A stretch of DNA of 64,000 nt. It comes from an uncultured virus (IMG/VR IMGVR_UViG_3300047678_000102) (lineage: Duplodnaviria > Heunggongvirae > Uroviricota > Caudoviricetes). The DNA lies in IMG/VR virus record IMGVR_UViG_3300047678_000102; one strand, given 5' to 3'. The position numbers and the translations under genes are program-made. How positions within the stretch are numbered: position 1 is the first letter of the stretch; each line of letters starts with the position of its first letter. The notes beneath the pieces were generated by a model. The model was not told the origin of the DNA. It ran no database searches and saw nothing but the letters and a program-made list of their open reading frames with translations. Of the stretch, positions 52,472 to 64,000 are shown one piece after another.

Positions 52472-53559
52472 TTAGTTTGAATTTGAAAAACAATCTATTA
52501 TACCAACCACCTTATCTAGTACTATCCTACCTAAATCTTCATTAAAATAATTAATAAAACAATTATTTACCACTACTAATTCATACCCCTTTTGCCAACA
52601 CAAAGATTCTTTTATTTGATCAGACTGTTGGCATCTAATTAATCTATCTTGTCCATGTATAGGCTTATAATGAAACACCCCATTTAACTCTATTGCTAAT
52701 TTAATATCTACGACAAATATATCTATTTCTAAACCACCCAATAATTCTCTATTGTTATAGAGAATTTCCCTTTCTGGATAAATAATTGTTAGTTCTTTTC
52801 CAAAAATTCTTCTAATAAAGACCTCACACATCCAAAATCGCCATTTTTATTCCTGTATTTAGCATTACAAGATTGTGAACAAAATACATTTGTAGAAATA
52901 TTCTTTCTTCCTATTGGCACAATTAATTGTTTGTCACATTCTCGGCAATTTACTTGAATCCTTTCTGTTTCTGGCCCCTTACTTTTATTACTACAATTTC
53001 TACTGCAAAATCCAAATTTGTACCCGTTACTTGCAGATTTAAATATAGACCCCTTACTACGTAGAAATTGTGTATTACATCTACGGCAACGTATTTCAAT
53101 CTTATCTTTCATACGTAAATCTAAAAATTCAAATTTAGTTATTGTACTTATACTACTAATATTCTCATAAACAGAATCAATGTTGTATTTCTCAGTGTGC
53201 CCGCGATACTCTGGATTTTTCCTTTTTGTTAACCAAACATTCACACAATCTCTCGAGCATATAATTGGTTTTGCGGTAGTGATTCTCTTAGAAGAAGTTG
53301 TAAACATTTTGTTACATATATCGCATTTGATTTCAATTTGTTGGTACTTTTGATGACAAGGAGGTTTACATTTGATAGAACAAAAACTTGTTTTATTTCT
53401 TAATAATGTTCCTTTATTTCTTCTAAACTGTTTTAAACATTTAGGGCATTGAACATCAATCATCCTACGATTATTTGCGGATTCAAATTCTTGTTCTGAA
53501 GTAATAATTATAAGTTTCGATGAATTAATCATACAATAATTCAAACTTTCCTTTTTCAA
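52472..53559 (-). pseudogene. Zinc-finger-repeat PD-(D/E)xK/Vsr-like homing-type endonuclease split by a frameshift near 52795
   Basis: Repeated CxxC...CSxxC modules; RSLLEEFLEK continues as ELTIIYP...LEIDIF...AIELNGVFHY in the adjacent frame. Confidence 0.65.
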
Positions 53560-54473
53560 GAACAGACTTTATATCATTTGTTTTTTTACCAGTTCGATGG
53601 TCAACAACCAAACTGGTTATATAATTATATGTTCTTATTTTATCCCCCCTTCCTCTGTTTTTAAAGTCTTTCTCCTTAATTTTTACATAATTCGTATGAT
53701 TTTGTGTATTGTATAAGTTATTAACCTTGACTGAGAGGATCTTTCTTGCGTCTTTTCTATTATGAACTTGGTCCCTACCGTTAATAAACACACATAATCC
53801 AGTTGGTAGATGTTTAAGTCGCACCGCAGAATTTACGCAATTCGCATTCCTTCCACCTGCCTTTTGACTACCAGTTTGAAAAGACTCTTCCAGTTCGTTC
53901 TCATTCAGAGCCAGTAACGTCCTTTCTGGAGGAAGGGGCAAAATAGCGACTGAAACCAACGATGTCTGCCTGCGACCTTTATGTTCGGTTGGAGGCACTC
54001 TTTGTACGCAATGCTTCCCAGCTTCCATTAAGAAAGCCCTACCTGCATTATGTCCAGTCAGTTTTGCTACGACATGACCATTAGATTGGTCATAAATTTC
54101 AGATTTGATGTTGTGACGTGATGCATACTTGACGTATGCAGAGAATAGATCATCTACGAACAGTTTAGAATCTGTTCCACCCTCTCCGAATTGCAACTCC
54201 AGTATTATTTCTGTTGCATTCTCAAAGAGAGTCCCTCTGGTTATTTAGAGAAACATTACTCGAAACTTGTTGAATCTGATTCATGATACAATCTCCTATG
54301 GTAAGATGACTACTAAAACAATTAGACACAACTTGATCAACTTGAGACATTATTTGTTGTAAATACTTTTTCTTCTCTTCCCAATCATCACCTAAACCCA
54401 ATCCAACTAGTGGATGGTTATTGTTGTCACTATTAATACCTTTAGATTTCAGAATCCATTTTAGAGTTAGCAT
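53525..54473 (-). CDS. Class I peptide chain release factor homologue (RF1-like PxT, GGR instead of GGQ), probably made by +1 frameshift at CTT-TGA 54227-54222
   Basis: EIILELQFGEGG, EAGKHCVQRVPPTEHKGRRQTS, AGGRNAN..NSAVRLKHLPTG, KIRTYN; the upstream 83-aa ORF ends AGG GAC TCT CTT TGA G. Confidence 0.8.
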
Positions 54474-54512
54474 ACCTATATTATAGTTTGTAACTAATGA
54501 AAAGAAAATGTA

Positions 54513-54965
54513 TTATTCTACTGCCTTTTTGGGTTTGTAAGTGGTTGTCACCAATTTGTAAGGCATTGTATAAAAAGTAGCCCATACAAACTTTCCTTTA
54601 GAATGCGATTGAGCAAATGCTTTTGCGGTTCCCGGATCAATACCAGAATATAAACAAGTATACTTACCTCTGATGAACTTTATCTGAAGTTCTTGTTGTT
54701 GGGGCCAATACCTAAACCAAGCAACCCAAGAAGATCCTACGTGAAGAGTCATGTTTCCATCAACAAATGCGTTTACATCGTCTTCTTTTACTTGATCTAT
54801 AAGATCATCAATATCCATATCCTCAAAATTTTGAGGAGGTCCTTCTTCTTTCTCTTCTTCTGGTTGCTTCTTTGAAAAATATTTAGAAGGAACAGAAGAA
54901 TTCTTCTGTTGTCCTATTCTATTTTGAATCTGTTGTGATATATTTACCGGTCGATGTTTAGCCAT
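54513..54965 (-). CDS. KTSC-domain protein
   Basis: SSWVAWFRY...LQIKF..G...LYSGI...F..SHSKGKF. Confidence 0.7.
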   Translation of the reverse strand: MAKHRPVNISQQIQNRIGQQKNSSVPSKYFSKKQPEEEKEEGPPQNFEDMDIDDLIDQVKEDDVNAFVDGNMTLHVGSSWVAWFRYWPQQQELQIKFIRGKYTCLYSGIDPGTAKAFAQSHSKGKFVWATFYTMPYKLVTTTYKPKKAVE

Positions 54966-54971
54966 TGTATA

Positions 54972-55313
54972 TTACCAAGTAATATTCAAATACCCTTCAG
55001 AAAGCATTTGTGCTACACCGCTTCCTAATCTGCGAAATGTATACACTTGCGCGCCTTGCACTCCAGATGTTTGTGAAGATCTAATTTTAGTATTAACGAT
55101 CCCCAATCCTGAATCTAAGACTGTCATACCACTCACGCCATTTCCATATCCACTAGCACAACTAGTTACAATTAATCCGCTTACACCTCCAAAACGGTTT
55201 GTGTTTCGCCATTCTAGATTCCATTGGCTGATGCTAGTTGGTGGAACCAACGAAATAGTGATAGTGCCATCTACTTCAGGTTGTATCGTAATATCAGAAT
55301 AAATTACTGGCAT
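54972..55313 (-). CDS. Probable virion structural protein
   Basis: Beta-rich, G/S-rich; N-terminus duplicated in the upstream GIY-YIG ORF. Confidence 0.55.
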   Translation of the reverse strand: MPVIYSDITIQPEVDGTITISLVPPTSISQWNLEWRNTNRFGGVSGLIVTSCASGYGNGVSGMTVLDSGLGIVNTKIRSSQTSGVQGAQVYTFRRLGSGVAQMLSEGYLNITW

Positions 55314-55314
55314 C

Positions 55315-56442
55315 TTATACAGCTCCTCTTTTTATTTGTGCTAAAAATCGCTTTACTGTTGGTCCATACCATTTGCCTTTCCCTGTAACAGTGGGATATC
55401 CATTTTTATTTAATTGGTCTGCAATCTTCAGGTGGGAAAATCCTTGATTTGACAATATTTGGACTATTTCCTTCTCTTTAGATAAATCCCTTCTTTTTTC
55501 CAACCTAGATTTTACTGCAAGGTGATGTATTCTACTCATCCTTTCACTCAATTCTTGTTTGTGTTCCCGTGCATACTTTCTTCTACCTGCAGCCATTTTT
55601 CGTTTTGTTTCTTCATTTGGAATAGACGGTTTTATACGCCCTGATGCATATCCCTCTAATAAAGTCTTTATCATTTTATCTTTCTTTTCTTGAGTCCATT
55701 CCATTTCCCCGTTTTCATGCATCTGTTTAAGTTGAGATGCTCCCCGCTGTCTATATTCTTCAATGTGTTTTCGCACAAACTTCCTGAGATGTTCTCCGGC
55801 TGCTCGCCTTTGTCTTTCTGTTTTGGGAAGTTCACTGTTTTGTTTTGCAATTCGTTCCGAAGCTCTCTTCCTTTGTTCAGGAGTAGCCATTATTCCCAAT
55901 CTTGTCAGTTCTCTAATCCTTTGTGCAGATCTCATATTTTGCTCTGGGGTATTTAGTTTACCCTGTTTGTGTAATAATTTCATTCTTTCACTAGCTGCTC
56001 TAGCCATTTCTACAGTATGTGGAGGAGATCCGGCTATTTCATTACAATTGTAACCGTTATGATAAGAATCTAATTTTAAAATCCATTTATCTTCGGCAAC
56101 AATTAAATTTTCCTCTGTGCAAAATTCCAATACCCAAAATTCAAAGGAACTTTTTCCGTGTTTGTTCCAAGAGTTTTGTAACTTAATATTCTCGTGTTTT
56201 CCTTTTTCCAACTGCAGATAATGGCCCCGACACCTATCAACTACACTTTTTGATGACCCAACGTATCCCTTGTTGGATATAAAATTGTATACAATATATA
56301 TCCCTGGTTTTCGTAAATTTTTATATTCTATCGTGCCGATACGTGTAATCGGTATCAAAACAGAAGTCGGTGGAATTAGTGAAATAGTAATAGTTCCGTC
56401 TACTTCAGGTTGAATAGTTATATCTGCGTATATTGGAGGCAT
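55315..56442 (-). mobile_element. GIY-YIG homing endonuclease fused behind 27 aa of the target gene
   Basis: PGIYIVYN...YVGSS...R..H...LQNSWNKHG...E...GYN; C-terminal HTH IADQLNKNGY.T..G..W. Confidence 0.85.
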
Positions 56443-56460
56443 TATTTACTCCTTACTTTA

Positions 56461-57579
56461 TTATAATAATCCAGCCGTCGGAGACCCCATTGGACCACCA
56501 GACCAAACAGTAGGATCTACTCTAAAACAAACCGCACCGCTATTACTTACTATTCCCATTTTCTGTCCATAATCTCCAGAAGCGAATCCATTTGGATTAA
56601 ATAATCCACTAATAAGTGTAATTTGCCCACTTCTCCCTACCCACACTGGAGATCCTATAGATCCTGAAAATAATCCTAATCCACTAGTAAATTGAAGAAC
56701 CCCATCAGTATATACATTACATTGTATCCCACTTAATACATTATCCCAAACGACTCCTATAGCTGGCATTCTACCTGATACAGATGCCATAGCAATTCTA
56801 ATGTGCCCAGACTGAGTTATGTGAACCGCTCTGACACCAGAGATTATTTCTTGCGTCATATTGGTTACATTTGTCCCACTTGCATAAGTAGAAACATATT
56901 GAGATATAGAAGCAATGGTCCCACTACTAAGGTGATATGTGCTTAGTTGTCCAGATTGAACATTACCTGATACAATACTACCACTACCAACACCTATTAA
57001 AACTGCTTTATACCCACTCCCATCGGAGAATATTTGCACCCCCTGATTAGAAGGTAGTGTTAGAGAAGGCAGACTGTTTATTGACGATCCGCTAACTGGT
57101 GTTATTGTCAAACCGCTTTGGGAATTGTTGACTACTGTGGTCAACCAATGGGGGCCAAAACTAGCAGTGTCTCCATTCAATGCACCTAAAAGAATACCAG
57201 ATATTGATCCGCTTGCATAAAACGATACTAATGCTGCTCTGTCAACTTGACCAAATGTATAAAGATTGTTCCCTGATTGATTATTTACACCACCAACAAC
57301 ATTTGCAATTGCTTGAGGTGTAACTAGAGGAACAGCTGCGGCCCAATCGTTGTGAGCCATCTGCACACTATTTTCAGCACCCCTTGCAAGAATGTTAAAA
57401 GTAGGTCCAGATCCTCCTTGCAAAATTAAAACTTCTGCATCAATAATGGTGCGGAATTGACCAGAGATATCAGTTGGCCAATTATTAACACCAGATTGAA
57501 TAAGAAGAGTGGAAGCCCCAGATGTGAGTCTTCCACTCAGATTTGCAATAGCACCTAGTTTATACAGTTCAGCAGTCAT
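56461..57579 (-). CDS. Probable virion structural or fibre-associated protein
   Basis: G/S-rich beta-structure; C-terminal MPAIGVV...G.L...G.P.WVG..G capsid-decoration-like module. Confidence 0.55.
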   Translation of the reverse strand: MTAELYKLGAIANLSGRLTSGASTLLIQSGVNNWPTDISGQFRTIIDAEVLILQGGSGPTFNILARGAENSVQMAHNDWAAAVPLVTPQAIANVVGGVNNQSGNNLYTFGQVDRAALVSFYASGSISGILLGALNGDTASFGPHWLTTVVNNSQSGLTITPVSGSSINSLPSLTLPSNQGVQIFSDGSGYKAVLIGVGSGSIVSGNVQSGQLSTYHLSSGTIASISQYVSTYASGTNVTNMTQEIISGVRAVHITQSGHIRIAMASVSGRMPAIGVVWDNVLSGIQCNVYTDGVLQFTSGLGLFSGSIGSPVWVGRSGQITLISGLFNPNGFASGDYGQKMGIVSNSGAVCFRVDPTVWSGGPMGSPTAGLL

Positions 57580-57582
57580 TTA

Positions 57583-58259
57583 TTATATTCCAACAATGCC
57601 AAAACCAGATTCTTCCACTATAGTAGCAAACATTCTTTCCCATGCATGGGTCTTTGACGGTTCTTGAACATCTCCAAATTCTAATTCATCTGCAAATTTA
57701 ATTGGATTGTGTTTGGAAAAGAATTCTTTGAATATTTTAGCACGAACCACAAAAATTGTACCAGCTATATACTTCATTGGTCTGTTTTTGTCAAAATCAA
57801 ACATCTGACAATAGTTTCTATGTTCGTGGGTGCTTCCATTATACATCTCACAAAAAAGCCATTTACCACTCCCAATCATCCCTAATTTATCATATCCAAA
57901 CATACAATTTAATTTATCTTGATTAAGTAATGGTTTAAAAAGCTCATTTCTTCTTTTAGGAGTGTTGGATTTACTATGGCACTGAAAAATTATATCCCCA
58001 TTTCCTCCATTTTGTATCCACTCATTAATCAGTCTTAAATCAGTCTTAAATTACCACCACAATCTTTCCCTTGATTTGGACTTTTAATTACTTTGGCCGA
58101 TGGGAAATCTTTAAGAATAATATGATCAAACAAATCTGATTTATCATGCACAAGATTGAAATACATCTCATGAAACTGTAAACTATTCAAATACCCCCTG
58201 ATTTCATCCCATTGGTCTAAATAATATAAATGACAGAAACAAACTATTTGCATAATCAA
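57583..58259 (-). pseudogene. Rhamnan-synthesis RgpF-like glycosyltransferase split by an 11-bp duplication
   Basis: HLYYLDQW...NQGKDCGG; aatcagtctta twice at 58027-58048; removing one copy gives ...CHSKS...AGTIF...HAWERMF in one frame. Confidence 0.7.
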
Positions 58260-58756
58260 TTATTCTCTTTGTGGCCAATTGCATAAATATCTTGACCGTC
58301 CCTTATCTCAATTGTCGTCTTCTTAAATACAGACATCCAGTCTTTTAATATATTAGGATGGACGTTTTGATAATATTCGTTTTGTTTAAGAACATACCCA
58401 TCAGCACCGTGGGGTTGTCTACCTAATGTAGCAGCAGTAAGAATAAATACCCCATCGTCTTCTAATATATCAAAAGCCGTTTGACAGATTTCTTTCCCAT
58501 AAGATGTGTGTTCCAAACATTCTGTACTAATTACTGTATCAAATTTCTTTCCATCTTGGGGTCTCCAAGTTGCTCCATCTGCAATCAAATCAACACCATT
58601 TCCTGGTATAATATCTATGCCAAAATATAAAATTTCAGCAGTGAATAAATCTCTACAACTACCATTCACATTCTTTGAACCAATTTCTAATACACTCTTT
58701 CTCGGTTGAAGATGTTTTAATGTTCTTCTAACAAAATCGTAAGCTTCAATGTGCAT
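58256..58756 (-). CDS. Class I SAM-dependent methyltransferase
   Basis: VLEIGS.NVNGS, GID, FDTVISTECLEH. Confidence 0.85.
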   Translation of the reverse strand: MHIEAYDFVRRTLKHLQPRKSVLEIGSKNVNGSCRDLFTAEILYFGIDIIPGNGVDLIADGATWRPQDGKKFDTVISTECLEHTSYGKEICQTAFDILEDDGVFILTAATLGRQPHGADGYVLKQNEYYQNVHPNILKDWMSVFKKTTIEIRDGQDIYAIGHKENN

Positions 58757-58767
58757 TAAAATCTACC

Positions 58768-60585
58768 TTAAAAATCCTGGGTATTGTAACACAATCCTAA
58801 AGAAGAAGCAAATTCTTGATAATCTTTAGGATCAGATGTATCGTGCCATAAATGAGAATCTGATTTCACCCATTTACCCAATCCTGGAAATTCCCACAAA
58901 GCAACTCCGTTTTGATCTCCAACTCCCCATTTAAGTAATCCCAAACACTTATCATACATCAATTTTTCAACCCATAACCAAGAAGCATTTTTTGCCTCCT
59001 TTTCTAATTGGTCAACCAAGGCATACCATCTTGGGACATGCAAAGCTATACATTCTGTCCTCAGCCCCCAAGTCGGATCACATGTTCCTGAATAAGTAGC
59101 ATGCATAGTCGTTTTAATTATTTCCCGAAGGCTAGGTCTCCAATCTTTTTTAGGGACAAACCTTCTTGACATTTTAATTAAAACATCTAATTTCTTAGCT
59201 TTTGCCCATCTAAGCCCAGTAGCAAAAGCAGTAACATCTCCTCTAGTATGATTTAAATTAGACTCATTACAATAAAAATCAACCCCATATTTTTTACATA
59301 ACCCAAGCAAATCGTTTTTTTCAGGACTACAGTCATCAACAATCAGTGTTGGGACATCTTTGTAATATTTATTTCTAACTTCTAATGCCAAATGAATATA
59401 GGGTAAAGAACCATGCGTAGAAACCACCAATCCAAAACTAGGATTAAGAGACCAAAATTCTCTTTCTAATATTTGAGGACTTTGATGTTTGACAGTCAGT
59501 TCTGGGCACATTCTTTCAACTATTTCAACATTTTCTTTCAATCTACCGTCCCAAGGAGCTAACTCATATGCTTTACGGGCATATGCCAAACTCTCTGGTT
59601 TCAAGCCAATGTAATAAGCGGCAGTAGAAGTTAAATCATATGGGCCTTCGTTTTGCGCATATGGTGTAGAAATATAACTAGTGGCTTTGGTTTCAATTTG
59701 CATCGCTCTTTTAGCCATTGCATATCCCATAGGATATCTATTTCTATTGTTATAAAATTTGGCAGAATTTATAAAAGGCTCTCGTAAATGAATTGCTTCG
59801 GCACAAGCCCTAAAATGCCACCTCTCTGCTTCTAAATCGTTTTTTAGAGCTTCATAACATTTGGCTATCATTGACATACTCTGAGCACGCTCATCTTCCC
59901 AAGTAGCAGTAGGTAGTTTTACATGCCGAGTAAGTTCTTTAATAGCATCTGCCCATTTACTTTGAAAAAATAGCTCTCTACCATAATAATGAGCCATTCT
60001 ATCATTATTAGGATCTTCTTCAACTGCCAACTTCAATAATCCTAAATAATTACCTCTAGACTTGGTTCCATCTGGATAATGTCTTACAGTAATATCTAAT
60101 TCTGCCCAATTTTCATATCCAGGTTTGTCGCTTCTTCTTCTTAATATTTCATGGCAAGGAAGATACCATTCATAATTTTTGTCGTGTATTTTTTCATAAG
60201 TAAAAGAATGGCCATCAGATCCATCGGGTAGGATATTCCATACATACTTGTACCTAGCACGGTTATGATGGGGTTTCCAAACACTAAGGATTCTATCCTT
60301 CCAATCAGGTTCAGAAACTACTTCGTCTAAATCTAAAGAGAGAAATATATCAGGATCTAATATGCCACAAAGATTGATTGCTACATTTCTAGCAACATCA
60401 AACCTCCATGGTTTAATAATTTGTTGGTGTACTAATGCTCCTCTTGCTTTCAATTTCTCAACGGTTTTATCTGTACTTCCTGTATCTAATACAATAACTG
60501 AATCTGCTTGTTGAACACTATCCATAAAACGATCAACAAACAGTTCTTCGTTTTTAGAAATCGCATAAACACAGACTTTTGACAT
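58768..60585 (-). CDS. GT2 glycosyltransferase with TPR repeats and a second GT-like domain
   Basis: ISKNEE, VLDTGSTDKT, FDVARN, LDLDE; TPR helices; C-terminal IVDDCS. Confidence 0.85.
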   Translation of the reverse strand: MSKVCVYAISKNEELFVDRFMDSVQQADSVIVLDTGSTDKTVEKLKARGALVHQQIIKPWRFDVARNVAINLCGILDPDIFLSLDLDEVVSEPDWKDRILSVWKPHHNRARYKYVWNILPDGSDGHSFTYEKIHDKNYEWYLPCHEILRRRSDKPGYENWAELDITVRHYPDGTKSRGNYLGLLKLAVEEDPNNDRMAHYYGRELFFQSKWADAIKELTRHVKLPTATWEDERAQSMSMIAKCYEALKNDLEAERWHFRACAEAIHLREPFINSAKFYNNRNRYPMGYAMAKRAMQIETKATSYISTPYAQNEGPYDLTSTAAYYIGLKPESLAYARKAYELAPWDGRLKENVEIVERMCPELTVKHQSPQILEREFWSLNPSFGLVVSTHGSLPYIHLALEVRNKYYKDVPTLIVDDCSPEKNDLLGLCKKYGVDFYCNESNLNHTRGDVTAFATGLRWAKAKKLDVLIKMSRRFVPKKDWRPSLREIIKTTMHATYSGTCDPTWGLRTECIALHVPRWYALVDQLEKEAKNASWLWVEKLMYDKCLGLLKWGVGDQNGVALWEFPGLGKWVKSDSHLWHDTSDPKDYQEFASSLGLCYNTQDF

Positions 60586-60603
60586 TTTCCCCCCCCCTAA
60601 AAT

Positions 60604-61521
60604 TTAACATGTAATAAAGCCATATGTGACGGTGTACGAATAATCCCCTGCAAACGGTGTGGTTTTTAACTCTAATTTAACCCCCACAATAGGCCATACA
60701 ATTCCCCTCGACAATGGAGAAGTCAACGTACCGCCTGTTGTTCCAGTAAAAGGTTGTAGAGTATCGTTAAAATCCACTTGTGATCCCGCCCCTGTAGCTG
60801 TTTTTACCCAAGTTGAACCAGGTCTATCCGTATAAGTTATTTGATAATCAAAAGCAGGGGGTATGACGTAATGGGTAGGAATGTTTTTGATAATGTACGA
60901 ATCAATATTTTCTAATACATCACGCAATTTAGCTTGTGCCATTTTATGGTATTTCTCAAAACGCTCCACTCCTGTTGCACTGCGGCCAAGTGATGCTGCA
61001 GCACAAACAGTGGTTCCGGAACCACTAAATGGATCTAACACCATCCCATCAGATGGTACTAATTTTTTAATCCACCAAGCACATAGGTCAAACAACGAAT
61101 CGTTATTTTCACCATCATAATAACTTGGTTTTATCGTTGGTTTGTTTTTTTCAAACTTGTCAAACCATCTTTTAAGCTTGATAGGGTTTTCAATTACAAC
61201 ACATCTAAAATTACCACACGCCAAAACGTTACAAGAACCAATTAGATGTACTAAATCATTCATTGCTTCTTGTATAATTTTCGCGTGTTGGCTACTAGAC
61301 GGACAGAAAATGATTACAATTTTACATCCTGGCTTCACTATACGTTTACATTCAGTCAATACGTTTCCCATCAAATCTAACCATTCTTTTGTATTCCAAT
61401 GACCATATGGCCAGTCAAAATTAGGGCATGGGGGATCTGTCAAAACCAAATCAAATGAAGAATCCGCCATGCCCTTCATTTTTTGGAGACAATCTGCATA
61501 TATTAAGAAAAAGTCACTCAT
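60604..61521 (-). CDS. N4/N6 DNA methyltransferase-like domain fused to a virion-type C-terminal domain
   Basis: DLVLTDPPC (DPPY variant), VLDPFSGSGTT; last about 95 aa are T/G-rich beta-structure. Confidence 0.7.
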   Translation of the reverse strand: MSDFFLIYADCLQKMKGMADSSFDLVLTDPPCPNFDWPYGHWNTKEWLDLMGNVLTECKRIVKPGCKIVIIFCPSSSQHAKIIQEAMNDLVHLIGSCNVLACGNFRCVVIENPIKLKRWFDKFEKNKPTIKPSYYDGENNDSLFDLCAWWIKKLVPSDGMVLDPFSGSGTTVCAAASLGRSATGVERFEKYHKMAQAKLRDVLENIDSYIIKNIPTHYVIPPAFDYQITYTDRPGSTWVKTATGAGSQVDFNDTLQPFTGTTGGTLTSPLSRGIVWPIVGVKLELKTTPFAGDYSYTVTYGFITC

Positions 61522-61526
61522 TGTTA

Positions 61527-63860
<2,334 letters not shown>

Positions 63861-64000
63861 CCTTTCGCCGCGAGCTAGATTTATCCCATATGCTCTATCT
63901 GGATTAATCCAAGTGACCTGTCCCCCATTTGGATTTTTCTCTACAGTATTATCTTGCCCTCTAGCTACAATTCCTACCCCACGCCCACCTAATATACCTC

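Overview
This window is a 64 kb piece of an AT-rich, gene-dense large (jumbo-type) phage genome. The host is probably a Planctomycete, inferred from two copies of a protein family typical of Gemmataceae. There are three transcription blocks. (1) 1-16068, minus strand: RNA ligases, a J-domain kinase/vWA/pyruvate-kinase-like module, a Nop/IS110-like RNA-binding protein and an intein-containing SNF2 helicase. (2) 16239-52417, plus strand: many small early-type ORFs, intein-containing NrdJ, five tRNAs, a solo TnpB, split Rad50/SbcC plus Mre11/SbcD, Thg1 and a subtilase. (3) 52472-64000, minus strand: a release-factor homologue, homing endonucleases, glycosylation genes and a collagen-like fibre. 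The most striking element is at 9708-11959: twelve sequence-divergent stem-loops whose loops mostly share the grammar GA-N9-T(AAAAC)-GA-N9-T. They surround a nuclease-less Nop-domain gene and an unknown 186-aa gene, forming a candidate TIGR-Tas-like dual-guide RNA system with a stem-loop array. Other highlights: an 11-copy phage promoter-like motif (CAAGAGCCCT-N14-CGTCAAA); an RF1-like factor with GGR in place of GGQ that appears to be reached by a prfB-style CTT-TGA +1 frameshift; internally deleted portal paralogues, one with a Tat-like leader; and a GIY-YIG gene that duplicated the start of its target gene. All protein calls come from motif recognition by eye; no searches were run. Several further small hypothetical ORFs are listed only as grouped blocks.
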